From a phage: a stretch of 61,452 bases of DNA. Made by a program: the position numbers and the translations under genes. Positions 28,166 to 37,627 of this stretch are shown here, piece after piece. Each line of letters begins with the position of its first letter. The first letter of the stretch is position 1. The notes beneath the pieces were generated by a model. That model searched no databases. It worked only from the letters and a program-made list of their open reading frames with translations, and was not told the DNA's origin. The stretch lies in the sequence record PQ826432.1, one strand, 5' to 3'.

Positions 28166-28270
28166 TAAATCAATATCAATTATGCCACTTTTGGCCTATT
28201 CAATATCACGATGCAAGGCTATTATTACTTCAACAAAGCAATACTGCTTAACCACATTAAGGGTTAGACC

Positions 28271-28420
28271 ATGTACGAAGTTATTAACAAATACGGTGTT
28301 ATCGTCGCGTTCATTGAAGCCAACAATTTCGTTGAAGCTGAAGCGGCTGCAATTGACCAATTGGGCATTAGTCCGGCAGAATTTGATGCTGACTACTGTG
28401 TAGATAAAATTACAAATTAA
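28271..28420 (+). CDS. small protein (49 aa), not in ORF track
   Basis: ATG with AAGGG upstream; first ORF of plus-strand block. Confidence 0.3.
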   Translation: MYEVINKYGVIVAFIEANNFVEAEAAAIDQLGISPAEFDADYCVDKITN

Positions 28421-28492
28421 GTGATTTATATCTTGCCTGGTTGATCTGACTGGGCAATAATAAGTCAACTTAAACAAAACGAGGATTACATC

Positions 28493-28741
28493 ATGGCTAC
28501 TTCTATCGTCACTAAATTTTTGGCACCAACTAACACCAAAGGCGCACGCATTGCAGTTAAAGGTTTTGGCAAGCGCAAAGTCTATAGCTGGGACTATGCA
28601 CTCGACGTAACGCTTAACCATAAAGCAGCAGTACAGCAGTTCCTCAAAGCGTTTAACGCCGAAAACGACACCGACTATAGCATCGTTGCTTTCGCAAGCA
28701 TGGATATCGCAACCGTCGATTTCGTAGCAATCGTGCAATAA
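28493..28741 (+). CDS. hypothetical protein (82 aa)
   Basis: ORF track; GAGG SD. Confidence 0.5.
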   Translation: MATSIVTKFLAPTNTKGARIAVKGFGKRKVYSWDYALDVTLNHKAAVQQFLKAFNAENDTDYSIVAFASMDIATVDFVAIVQ

Positions 28742-28814
28742 GTTTTCTTATACACTGCTCATCATTACGGTGGGCAGTAATAAGCAAACTAACATTAACG
28801 AAAGGAGCTATACC

Positions 28815-29429
28815 ATGTCTAAAGTAACTCACCGCGAACAGGACAAAATGCGCTACACCATGAAAACGAATGCACGCCGCGCTCTGAAGACCCGCTGGGG
28901 TCAGGTTGCACGCGACGCACACGAACAGTTAATCCATCAGGACGATATTGGTTTTTACATCATCGAAAAGGAAGTCCTTCAGGTTCTGCGCGAGCACGAA
29001 AAAGCGCAACAGCCCGAGCAGAAAGTCCCAGCACCGACCGCCGCGCCAGCTGCTAGCGTCTCGGTACTGCGCCCGATGGTAAATCCGGAAATTGTCAAAA
29101 GCTGCCTCGAATCTCTGGAGCAGGAGGAAGAGAAAGATATGAAACACGCAAAAGCTGCCACGCAGGTTTCTGAAATCAAAATTGAAGAGCCAAAAGCTGC
29201 CTTGCCAAAACAAGATGCAAAAGCTGCTCGCTGCGATTTCAAAAATGGCGCTCGCAAGCCGCTCAAAGGAAAAACTGCCGAAGTGTGGGCAATGGGTGAC
29301 AAGCTTCTGAAGGAACTGGGCCGCACGCCGGAGCTGAAAGAGATGAAAGCTGCAATGCCTTCTTACAACGGGACGACGGTAGCCATTCAGTTCTACGCCT
29401 GGCGCAAATATAACGGCCTGGACGCATAA
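28815..29429 (+). CDS. hypothetical protein (about 204 aa)
   Basis: ORF track 28770..29429; ATG 28815 with AAAGGAG SD. Confidence 0.5.
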   Translation: MSKVTHREQDKMRYTMKTNARRALKTRWGQVARDAHEQLIHQDDIGFYIIEKEVLQVLREHEKAQQPEQKVPAPTAAPAASVSVLRPMVNPEIVKSCLESLEQEEEKDMKHAKAATQVSEIKIEEPKAALPKQDAKAARCDFKNGARKPLKGKTAEVWAMGDKLLKELGRTPELKEMKAAMPSYNGTTVAIQFYAWRKYNGLDA

Positions 29430-29485
29430 TCTATAACCACACTGTTCAACTGACGGGCTTCTGCGGGAGCCCTAAGGATAAGAAG

Positions 29486-29662
29486 ATGCAATTAGATAGC
29501 TTCGCGACTCAATACCTAAAAGACCTTCAGCGCCGTGTAAATGAAGCTCGCGCCAAAGAAGGCCTCAAGCCTCTAAACCAGTCCCAGCTTGTTGGCGAAT
29601 TAATCGAGCAAGCTGCTACTCAGTCAACATTATTTGTCGGCTCTGTGTTCGTAAGGAAATAA
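29486..29662 (+). CDS. small protein (58 aa), not in ORF track
   Basis: ATG with AAGGA SD, stop 2 nt before next gene. Confidence 0.35.
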   Translation: MQLDSFATQYLKDLQRRVNEARAKEGLKPLNQSQLVGELIEQAATQSTLFVGSVFVRK

Positions 29663-29664
29663 AT

Positions 29665-29991
29665 ATGAAAAAGTTCATCCGCTCTTACACTGACATCCGG
29701 GGCTTGCGAAAAGGAACGGTTTATGAAGTCGCCGATTTCGGAAATAAAATATTGATCCCTTATTACAATAAGGACGAAAAGCCGGTTCCAATGACCAGCG
29801 TATGCTTCACCCGCCTTATTCAGGACAAGTTCCTTGCAGAAGTGCAACCGATGCGCAAAGAAGGCACATCCGAAATCTGGTTTGTGCACCGCCAGGAACC
29901 GGATAGTATTTGGTCCGAATGGGTAAGCGAAAAACTGTCGGGTATTATGTCCGACGATACGCTAGCCCACTTCACACCTGTACAGCTCTAA
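29665..29991 (+). CDS. hypothetical protein (108 aa)
   Basis: ORF track; AGGA SD. Confidence 0.5.
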   Translation: MKKFIRSYTDIRGLRKGTVYEVADFGNKILIPYYNKDEKPVPMTSVCFTRLIQDKFLAEVQPMRKEGTSEIWFVHRQEPDSIWSEWVSEKLSGIMSDDTLAHFTPVQL

Positions 29992-29998
29992 ACTACTT

Positions 29999-30024
29999 CC
30001 GGACCAGTCCTCCTACTGGTCCGG
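29999..30024 (+). terminator. stem-loop after 29665..29991
   Basis: 10-bp stem CCGGACCAGT/ACTGGTCCGG with 6-nt loop; weak U-run. Confidence 0.45.
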
Positions 30025-30162
30025 TTAACCGCGCAATAAAGTCCTCCTCCAATATCCCGCGATTAAGCGCATTATAGCTTGATATACCTTCCGATCACAA
30101 TAGTTCAATAAATTTCCCTCAAAAGCACTTGACTTCTCACTTTTGATCTGCATCCGTTCAGG

Positions 30163-30191
30163 TTTATGAAAATTTATAGAGTTTATATAAT
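30163..30191 (+). promoter_or_regulatory. candidate sigma70-type promoter
   Basis: TTTATG, 17-nt spacer, TATAAT at 30186..30191. Confidence 0.3.
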
Positions 30192-30312
30192 GACCATAAA
30201 CTCGTCAAATAATACCAATAGGTACTATATACATTAATAATAAATCCTTATTTTATATATATTTATAGTTATTATTAATATTAGTTTAATTTGGTTTATT
30301 TTAGTTAGTTGA

Positions 30313-30595
30313 CTGAAAGTTTATAAGTTTATAGGGGGGTATACCCTACCAAATGTTAGAGAATTAATAGTATAGTAGTGATAGTGGCATTTACACGTTT
30401 TCACTACTACTACTAATTCTTAGATTTACATAAGGTGTTAAGGGAGCAAACATAAACTTATAAACTTTGCTCTGTGTCAAAAATAAAAATTAGTGAATAG
30501 TGGAATAGTGGTTTATAGTGGCAAACTTTTACAAAGCCAGTAACGGCGTACTATACGCAAATTTTCCACTATGTACGCCACTAAGCACTATATTA
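30313..30595. repeat. iteron-like array and 16-bp inverted repeats in AT-rich region (candidate origin or operator)
   Basis: ATAGTGG at 30381, 30497, 30505, 30515; inverted CCACTAT/GCACTAT at 30566, 30585; AAGTTTATAAGTTTAT (30317..30332) matches reverse complement at 30452..30467. Confidence 0.55.
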
Positions 30596-30660
30596 AAACA
30601 ATCCTTGCAAATAGCTAATGTCTGTTTTATAGTAACATTACCAGTTCACTAGGAGGATTT

Positions 30661-31389
30661 ATGAGCGAAGAAACTATTACGTCTAAAACTGTGGTTAAAG
30701 ACCTGTGCTATGTTGCATGGGTTGCCCAAGCTTGCTCGCAGTTGCGCGGTGCGCCAACCAAATCACAGGCGCTTGCTATGGTGGAGGATTACTTCAACGA
30801 TGATGTGGAACAGCCTGTTAAAAAAGCCGTAAGACAAAAAGCGGGAAAGCTGGATGCAGAACGAGCGGCTTTTCTTGCATGGGTTAGTGATAAGCTGGGT
30901 CATGAACTGGATGCCAAAGAGCTTCGCAGCTATACGGGCAAATTCAATTACCACATGGGCAAGGGTAACGACCCATATGAAGAAGCATTTAAGGTAAAAG
31001 AAGATAAGGGTAAGGCAGGGCGCAAGGAAAACGTCGAGCTTAAAGCATGGATAGAGCGCCAGGCTTTACTCAAAGGGGATGCTCTGACAGATAAGGAAGT
31101 TAATTCTTTAACGCAACGCTGGTACAGGATGCGCCGGAGCGGCGATATCCAGGACTGGGATAATCGCGGTCGCTGGCCTACGTGTTCTCTGCACCATTAC
31201 GAAACCGCTACCGCTATCCGCGTCAAGCTTGGTACTCATTGGGTAGACCTTGCAATATACAAGGATGCAGAGCAGGCTAAAAATATTCTTCCTAACATTG
31301 ATAATTGGCTTATTAGCTTAAGACAGGGAAGGGAGCCGCAGGACGTTATGTTAGAAGTTGGTAACAATATTATCACAACTCCGCAATAA
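30661..31389 (+). CDS. hypothetical protein (242 aa) downstream of iteron region
   Basis: ORF track; strong SD AGGAGG. Confidence 0.55.
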   Translation: MSEETITSKTVVKDLCYVAWVAQACSQLRGAPTKSQALAMVEDYFNDDVEQPVKKAVRQKAGKLDAERAAFLAWVSDKLGHELDAKELRSYTGKFNYHMGKGNDPYEEAFKVKEDKGKAGRKENVELKAWIERQALLKGDALTDKEVNSLTQRWYRMRRSGDIQDWDNRGRWPTCSLHHYETATAIRVKLGTHWVDLAIYKDAEQAKNILPNIDNWLISLRQGREPQDVMLEVGNNIITTPQ

Positions 31390-31454
31390 TGCAAAAATAG
31401 TTGCAAAGTAAAGCGTTACTGTGTATTGTGTGGACGGTTGTAACGGAGGGTATT

Positions 31455-31658
31455 ATGGATCACGAATCGGAATTTGATTTGAACTACATAACGGCGGCAG
31501 AAATCGAAGACCGTTATGGCATATCTAAGTTTAAGATGTCGCGCATACGTGACAGCATCCCGGGCGCTATCAGAATTGCTAACCAGTACATCTACAAACG
31601 CTCCTTAGCAGTGCCCGTTCTGGAAAAGATGCAAGGCGATAAGCGTCGGAGGTCATGA
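31455..31658 (+). CDS. hypothetical protein (67 aa)
   Basis: ORF track 31401..31658 starts TTG; ATG 31455 has GGAGGG SD. Confidence 0.45.
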   Translation: MDHESEFDLNYITAAEIEDRYGISKFKMSRIRDSIPGAIRIANQYIYKRSLAVPVLEKMQGDKRRRS

Positions 31659-31870
31659 TGGTACTTTATGAATTTGGTCAAACTAAGCTTCGGGAACAGG
31701 GTTGGTTTATTGGGCATTACATGCATTACCGCACAGCTTATATTATGGTTGCAGGCGCTATCGTTTACCTTGGACATTATGAGAGCTATCTGGATGCTGA
31801 GAAAGCCATTAACAAGACTAAGGAATGTTTATTAGCTGCGGTTGGTCGTGCAATGGTTGGTTCTCTGTAA
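31655..31870 (+). CDS. hypothetical protein (71 aa)
   Basis: ORF track; start overlaps upstream stop. Confidence 0.45.
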   Translation: MMVLYEFGQTKLREQGWFIGHYMHYRTAYIMVAGAIVYLGHYESYLDAEKAINKTKECLLAAVGRAMVGSL

Positions 31871-31881
31871 AAGGATAAGTC

Positions 31882-34224
31882 ATGGAACTGTTTCCCGCTG
31901 AAATTAAAGCTTTCCCACAATGGGCTGTCGCCGATGCGGATAAAAAGCCGCTTGTATGGGACAACGATATCGGACGTTTGATGGCGGCGGACGTTACCGA
32001 TCCGGATATGCTAATGACATTTGAAGCTGCCAAAGGTTGCGCCGCTCATTTCAATAAACCTTATATCGGATTCGTGCTTACTGCGCAAGACCCGTTCACC
32101 TGCATCGACCTGGATGTGAAGAACGCAACCAATGAACCGGATCCCAAGAAGCACACGACGCCGGAACAGTTGCGTCGCTTCGAACAGATCATGACTGCGT
32201 TTGATACTTACACCGAAGTAAGTCGCTCAGGCTTGGGCGTCCACCTGTGGTTAAGAGGTAACATCGGTAAAGGTCGTCGACGTGATGGTGTCGAAGTTTA
32301 TAGTCAGGAGCGTTTTATTATCTGCACGGGCAATCCTGTCTATAACAAACCAGTTGCAGAACGTGATCATTATCTTACTATGCTTGTGAATGAGATTGAT
32401 CTTCAGCGCAAGACATATGAAATTGAACTGGTAGAAAAAGATCCGGTAGAAGACGATGCAACTATTCACCAGCGCGCACTTGAAGCGGACAACGGAGATA
32501 AGTATGCACGCCTATTCAATGGCGAATGGGTTGAAATGGGATTCCCTTCCCAGTCTGAAGCAGATCTTGCCCTTATTTCCATGTATGCATTCTACACAGA
32601 AAGTAATGAGCAATGTCGCCGTCTGTTCCGTTACAGTGCACTGGGCAAACGTGAGAAGGCTAATAAGAACAATGTTCATATTGACCGTTGTTTGCGTATG
32701 TGTCGCGGTCGCATGGAGCGTGAACGCATTGCCCAGGAAAACGTAGCGGCGCTGGCGCGGGATTACGCTGCCCGTATGCAAGCTGCACACAGTGCAATGC
32801 AGCAGGTAACGGAAATGCCTGTAACCGTCGAAACAACACAGGGGCAGACAGTAGTTGCAGAAAGCACATCCGTTGATGCAACAGCTATTGAATGGCCGCC
32901 GGGACTTGCTGGTGAGCTTGCAAAGTATATCTACAAAGCATCCGTCAGACCAGTGAAAGAAATCTCTATTGTTACCTCGCTCGGATTTATGGCTGGGGTA
33001 TGCGGGAAAGTATGGCAGATCCCGCAATCCGGTCTTAATGGTTATTTTGTCTTAATTGCTCGTTCTGGTGTTGGTAAAGAGACGTTGAACAGCGGGCTGT
33101 CTAATATAGTTAGCCAGATTCAGGACCAGTTTCCGCAGATTCATAGCTTTGTATCTTTTGATAGATGCGCTTCTGGATCTGCACTGCGTAAATCTTTTGC
33201 AGACAAACAATCTTTTATCAACCTGAATGGTGAGTTCGGTAAGATTATCAAAGCAATGGCAACGGCTCCAGCAGGCTCGCCGATGCAAAGTTTCAAGAAT
33301 GACCTTACCGATGTTTATCAAAAGTCCGGTCAGATGTCTATTGTTGGTGGTATGTCTTATTCTGATAAGGCTAATAATACTGAAGCTCAACAAGGTGTGG
33401 CATATAGCATCATGGGCGAAACAACACCGGACACATTCTTTGAAGCGTTAACCCGTGAAATGATGGAGGATGGATTCTTATCCCGTTTCCATGTTGTACG
33501 CTATGAAGGTGATCGACCACCTTTAAACAAAAATCAGCAGACTACAATGGATCAGCAGTTGAAAGACATGGTGTGCCATCTTGTTAACCACACTTTAGTA
33601 ACAATGGCAAAGCATCAGAGTATTGAAGTACAGTTTAGCCCGGATGCGGAAGCATTATGTGATCAGTTTAACGATGAATGTGATCGCAATATTAACGCAA
33701 CCAAAGACGAAGCAATCCGTCAGCCGTGGAACCGTGCTCACCTGAAGGTCTTGCGACTTTCTGCCTTGTTAGCTGTGGGTGAGAACTGGATCAATCCGGT
33801 GGTACAAACCTATCATGTGCAATGGGCTTTGGACTTTGTGCGACATGGACAGGACATTATTATGAAGGAATGGCATAGCGGTGGTATCGGGACTAACGAT
33901 GAAGCTCGTATCCGTACTATGTGTCAGGTCTGTGTGAATTATCTAACTAAAGACTGGGTGAAAGTTAAACGTGTAGATTTGCGCAAAGAAGGTATTATCA
34001 CGCGGGGTGATATTACTACGCGTCTTGCAAGTAAGTCCGCGTTTAAAAACTATCATCACGGATTATCCGCTGCAATCGAGTCTACAATCAAGGAGATGGT
34101 TGCTATGGGTGCACTTGTTCCGGTAACACGGGAGGAGACTATTAAACTGGGATTTACTGGGGCAGCTTGGCGCATTACGCAAGATGTTGAAGGAATTATG
34201 GCAAACTTAGGTGAAGAGGAATAA
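31882..34224 (+). CDS. DNA primase-helicase (primase-polymerase-like N-terminal domain plus P-loop helicase-like C-terminal domain)
   Basis: 780 aa; IDLDV and SRSGLGVHLW motifs; SGVGKET P-loop-like segment. Confidence 0.6.
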   Translation: MELFPAEIKAFPQWAVADADKKPLVWDNDIGRLMAADVTDPDMLMTFEAAKGCAAHFNKPYIGFVLTAQDPFTCIDLDVKNATNEPDPKKHTTPEQLRRFEQIMTAFDTYTEVSRSGLGVHLWLRGNIGKGRRRDGVEVYSQERFIICTGNPVYNKPVAERDHYLTMLVNEIDLQRKTYEIELVEKDPVEDDATIHQRALEADNGDKYARLFNGEWVEMGFPSQSEADLALISMYAFYTESNEQCRRLFRYSALGKREKANKNNVHIDRCLRMCRGRMERERIAQENVAALARDYAARMQAAHSAMQQVTEMPVTVETTQGQTVVAESTSVDATAIEWPPGLAGELAKYIYKASVRPVKEISIVTSLGFMAGVCGKVWQIPQSGLNGYFVLIARSGVGKETLNSGLSNIVSQIQDQFPQIHSFVSFDRCASGSALRKSFADKQSFINLNGEFGKIIKAMATAPAGSPMQSFKNDLTDVYQKSGQMSIVGGMSYSDKANNTEAQQGVAYSIMGETTPDTFFEALTREMMEDGFLSRFHVVRYEGDRPPLNKNQQTTMDQQLKDMVCHLVNHTLVTMAKHQSIEVQFSPDAEALCDQFNDECDRNINATKDEAIRQPWNRAHLKVLRLSALLAVGENWINPVVQTYHVQWALDFVRHGQDIIMKEWHSGGIGTNDEARIRTMCQVCVNYLTKDWVKVKRVDLRKEGIITRGDITTRLASKSAFKNYHHGLSAAIESTIKEMVAMGALVPVTREETIKLGFTGAAWRITQDVEGIMANLGEEE

Positions 34225-34227
34225 ATA

Positions 34228-34247
34228 AAGGGCCTTTCGGCCCTTTA
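34228..34247. terminator. bidirectional terminator
   Basis: 8-bp stem AAAGGGCC/GGCCCTTT, loop TTTC, A/T flanks on both strands. Confidence 0.6.
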
Positions 34248-34250
34248 TTG

Positions 34251-34475
34251 TTAGTTGAGATAGTAATCATCGACGTCGTACCTTGCCATAATTTCGGATG
34301 CTTCCGCTGCACTTTCCGCTTCTTCATAAGCTTGCTCAGCGTCGTCATAAGTACCGTAATACATCCAACCTTCACCCATTGGGCGGATATATGCTTCAAA
34401 TTTACCAGTACGCTGGTGACGTACAACTTTATAATCCACGCCCATTGTGCTATATACTTTATTCAGCATGACCAT
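34251..34475 (-). CDS. hypothetical acidic protein (74 aa), antisense to the surrounding block
   Basis: ORF track; strong SD GGAGGA 8 nt upstream; convergent with primase gene. Confidence 0.45.
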   Translation of the reverse strand: MVMLNKVYSTMGVDYKVVRHQRTGKFEAYIRPMGEGWMYYGTYDDAEQAYEEAESAAEASEIMARYDVDDYYLN

Positions 34476-34632
34476 TTTGTAATCCTCCGCTCTGTTTATG
34501 GGTTAATAGTACAGTTAGACTGATCAGATGTAAAGGCAAATCGTGCTTTTTATAAATGCATTTCAATTCTAAAGTTGTTGCATACATCGCAAGTCCTGCT
34601 ATACTTACAGCATAAAGTTAACGGATGGAACA

Positions 34633-34707
34633 ATGTTCGAGCTTTTAAAATTATTTGCGGGTGCTATTTTCGTAGCTGGTTATTTCTGGTTTATGTATAT
34701 TCTGTGA
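34633..34707 (+). CDS. tiny hydrophobic peptide (24 aa), candidate leader or small membrane peptide
   Basis: ATG..TGA read directly; stop overlaps SD of 34715 gene; very low confidence. Confidence 0.2.
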   Translation: MFELLKLFAGAIFVAGYFWFMYIL

Positions 34708-34714
34708 GGTATAA

Positions 34715-34972
34715 ATGAACATTAAAGATTTTCCTGTGTGGCCTACCTTCATACCGCCTCTGTCTGCTACTGGGTCTTATTTTAGAATTGGGTTTGTCAT
34801 AGAGTATCAATTAAATCTTTTGTCATATTTAAGAAAAGAATTAGACAAACTGAACATTAATAATATTGGTCAATTGCGAAAAAGGCTCAAAATTAAACGG
34901 CGTATCACGGAATTAGATAAGGTTGTTACACAACTTCTTAGATACCAGAGAGTAGTTAAGTCTAAGTTGTAA
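34715..34972 (+). CDS. hypothetical protein (85 aa)
   Basis: ORF track; GAGGT SD. Confidence 0.45.
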   Translation: MNIKDFPVWPTFIPPLSATGSYFRIGFVIEYQLNLLSYLRKELDKLNINNIGQLRKRLKIKRRITELDKVVTQLLRYQRVVKSKL

Positions 34973-34992
34973 CTTTTGTGAGGGTGATAAAG

Positions 34993-35319
34993 ATGACCGA
35001 TAACGTTCTAAGATTACGCGCTTATGGATTAGCAAGTAAATTTGGTTTCGGGGACGGAGATATTATTGATGGTTTTTGTGAAGACAATAATATTGATTTG
35101 CAGGAAAGAGATCAACATGATGTCTTGATCAAGCTGGTAAGGACTTATCTTTTACCGCTCATCCCTCATGTTCAAGTGTATGAAATTGGATCGCTTCATA
35201 ATCCAATTCGCTGTGAGGATGAGTTTATAAAAGAGCTTGAGCAGAGCGAGATTTACGTTGATGTAAGTATTGATCAACTTGTACAATGTATTAACGAAAC
35301 AGAAAAGGCGGACTGGTGA
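34993..35319 (+). CDS. hypothetical protein (about 108 aa)
   Basis: ORF track 34978..35319; ATG 34993 has GAGGGTGA SD. Confidence 0.45.
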   Translation: MTDNVLRLRAYGLASKFGFGDGDIIDGFCEDNNIDLQERDQHDVLIKLVRTYLLPLIPHVQVYEIGSLHNPIRCEDEFIKELEQSEIYVDVSIDQLVQCINETEKADW

Positions 35320-35624
35320 TGGGAATTGTAAATACTATCTGTGAAGCGATTTATGCGGAACTTATCCGCGAAAACGTAAATAATGAGGACAATAACCAAA
35401 TCCAAAAGATTTTGGTTGATCATAAAACTTATGCAGACATTCGTCACGACAATGCATTTCCTCATTGGTGTCATATTTATTATCCGCGTCGGGAGGATGA
35501 ATCCATTGTACTTACAATTATGGGATATGCTATTGTACCAACTTATGAAGTAGAAGGTTTTCAAATACTTTTGAAAGGCGGTATTTTAGCACCAAAAGCG
35601 GCAAAGGGAACCGCGCAAAATTGA
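35316..35624 (+). CDS. hypothetical protein (102 aa)
   Basis: ORF track. Confidence 0.45.
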   Translation: MMGIVNTICEAIYAELIRENVNNEDNNQIQKILVDHKTYADIRHDNAFPHWCHIYYPRREDESIVLTIMGYAIVPTYEVEGFQILLKGGILAPKAAKGTAQN

Positions 35625-35935
35625 AGCTTGCCATTCAAGACTGCATCCTTTAAGATAACCACAGTTAACGAGGTTTAACAATTTAACAACATTAACTTAG
35701 TGAACGATGCTTAACTCAAGCCTTTGAAAGCGGTAGCTGTACCTCCTTACAGCAACTACTTTCGCTAGGCTTCCTGGAGCGGACAGGATAAACCCGCAAA
35801 CAGATTAACGATGTGAACGATGTTTAACGCGACGGCGCCAGATGTACCAAACCGTCACCAGCCTTTGGCGAGGCTGTACAAGTAGGCCAGGATAGACGAA
35901 GACGGCAGTCAAAGTAAGCTATCCGACAATCAAGA

Positions 35936-35966
35936 GAGCCCAGGAATCCTTATGCCTGGGCTTTTT
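35936..35966 (+). terminator. rho-independent terminator
   Basis: AGCCCAGG...CCTGGGCT stem followed by TTTTTT. Confidence 0.65.
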
Positions 35967-36041
35967 TGTTCCTTGAGATCAACAGAACTTCAATATAAAA
36001 TTCTTTATGAAGTGTTTTACATTAAAGTTATGGAGACAAAC

Positions 36042-36509
36042 ATGGCAGTAAATATTCGCGCTAAAGGTCAACGCGGTGAGCGGGAAGTATGCGATTTCTT
36101 TAATGCAATTTATGCTGAAATCTACGCAGAGCTGGGGATGCAGTTACCGGAAAAACCTATTGCTCAGCGTAACCAGAATCAAAGTGCGGTCGGTGGTTGC
36201 GACATTAGCAATACGTGCCACCATGCGGTTGAAGTAAAAAACCACGCTACGCCACAAGTAAACACATGGTGGAAGCAGACTGTCCAATCCGCTAAAGAAC
36301 TTGGAAGATATCCAGTTCTGATGTATAAAATAGAACGTAAAGGATGGAAGGTTGTTCTACCGCTTAATCCAGTTGTCTTCAGTAACGGTGAGTGGAAATG
36401 GTATGAAGTTAAAGACTCCATCCGCGCGGAAATTAGTCTTGATGACTATCGCATTATTTTTAAAGCGCACGCGAAACAATGGTTAATTGATCGCGGTTCA
36501 ATTCAATAA
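36042..36509 (+). CDS. PD-(D/E)XK-type nuclease, possible Holliday-junction resolvase-like
   Basis: ORF track 35952..36509; ATG 36042 with GGAG SD; Glu, Asp and EVK residues spaced as in the fold. Confidence 0.35.
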   Translation: MAVNIRAKGQRGEREVCDFFNAIYAEIYAELGMQLPEKPIAQRNQNQSAVGGCDISNTCHHAVEVKNHATPQVNTWWKQTVQSAKELGRYPVLMYKIERKGWKVVLPLNPVVFSNGEWKWYEVKDSIRAEISLDDYRIIFKAHAKQWLIDRGSIQ

Positions 36510-36518
36510 GGTGAAATT

Positions 36519-37112
36519 ATGACTGACGTATTAAATAACATGCACACTATTTCTATAACTGATTCTAGCGTAACTGCTACATCCTTTGCGCCAACTCTTC
36601 TCGGGGTGAAGCGGTTAACTGATACGGCAATTCTACCAGCGTTCGCTACTGCTGGGGCAGCTTGCTTTGACCTGCACGCGGATCTCAAAAGTGAAGACGG
36701 TTGTGAACAAATCATTTTCTCATACGAGCACGTATTCCGTACAGGGTTAGCATTTGATATCCCTAAAGGATATGCGCTTATGGTCTACTCCCGGAGTGGG
36801 CACGGATTCAAAAATGACGTGCGTTTGGCAAACTGCGTGGGTGTTATTGACAGCGATTACACTGGGGAAGTTAAGGTTAAGCTTACTATTGATAATGATG
36901 GTGGTTTTGTAGTCAGTCATGGCGACCGTATTGCGCAAGCTATGCTTATTAAGGTGCCTTGCGTGCAACTGGTAGAAGTAGACAAGCTCAAAACTACTGA
37001 GCGCGGTGCTAATGGTTTCGGATCAACTGGCACGTCTGCCAATGTGGTTACAGCAGAGGAAGAAGCTGCTACGCATCCGATCATGACTTCACGTCATTTA
37101 GATAAAAAATAA
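36519..37112 (+). CDS. dut: dUTP diphosphatase
   Basis: motifs AGAACFDL, YSRSG, GVIDSDYTGE, GDRIAQ, RGANGFGSTG. Confidence 0.8.
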   Translation: MTDVLNNMHTISITDSSVTATSFAPTLLGVKRLTDTAILPAFATAGAACFDLHADLKSEDGCEQIIFSYEHVFRTGLAFDIPKGYALMVYSRSGHGFKNDVRLANCVGVIDSDYTGEVKVKLTIDNDGGFVVSHGDRIAQAMLIKVPCVQLVEVDKLKTTERGANGFGSTGTSANVVTAEEEAATHPIMTSRHLDKK

Positions 37113-37175
37113 GTCTTGACCTGTCACATGGATGTGCTACTATACATACATCGAAACACAACAGAGGACAGAAAA

Positions 37176-37586
37176 ATGTTCGACGCGGATAAAGCTGTAC
37201 AAGCAACAGAAGCAGATGTAATTGAATGGTATAAAACTAAAGCGGAATTGCAGAAGCTGCAAGCTCGTGAGCGAGCACTCCGTGATAAGATTATTAAGTC
37301 CTATTTCCCAGCGCCGTCTGAGGGGACTAATAAAGTTGAAATTACTGGCGGGGTTATGAAAATGACTCACAAGATTGATCGTAAGATTGATCTTCAAAGC
37401 CTTAACGGAATCCTGGGCGATCTGATTAAAGTTGGTGTTGACGTTGATCAGCTTGTGGAAAATAAACCTGTATTGAAAGTTGCGGCTTGGCGTAAACTTA
37501 CAGCGGAGCAAGCCGCAGTCTTCAACCAGTGCGTTGAATCTAAAGTTGGTTCCGCGTCTCTGGAAATTGTTCCAAATAAAGCTTAA
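37176..37586 (+). CDS. hypothetical protein (136 aa)
   Basis: ORF track 37116..37586; ATG 37176 with AGAGGA SD. Confidence 0.45.
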   Translation: MFDADKAVQATEADVIEWYKTKAELQKLQARERALRDKIIKSYFPAPSEGTNKVEITGGVMKMTHKIDRKIDLQSLNGILGDLIKVGVDVDQLVENKPVLKVAAWRKLTAEQAAVFNQCVESKVGSASLEIVPNKA

Positions 37587-37627
37587 CCACATTAACGGGC
37601 GGTCAATCCGCCCAAGAGGAAACTAAA

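Noticed and set aside
28196-28738. 180-aa minus-strand ORF spanning the early plus-strand genes
   Set aside because: Overlaps SD-supported plus-strand ORFs at 28271 and 28493, has no SD, and is out of context for the transcription layout.
30313-30595. Possible CRISPR array or tRNA in the repeat-rich intergenic regions
   Set aside because: Repeats are 7 to 16 bp with irregular spacing and mixed orientation, not 25 to 40 bp repeats with unique spacers; no cloverleaf or T-loop consensus was seen by eye, although a tRNA scan was not run.
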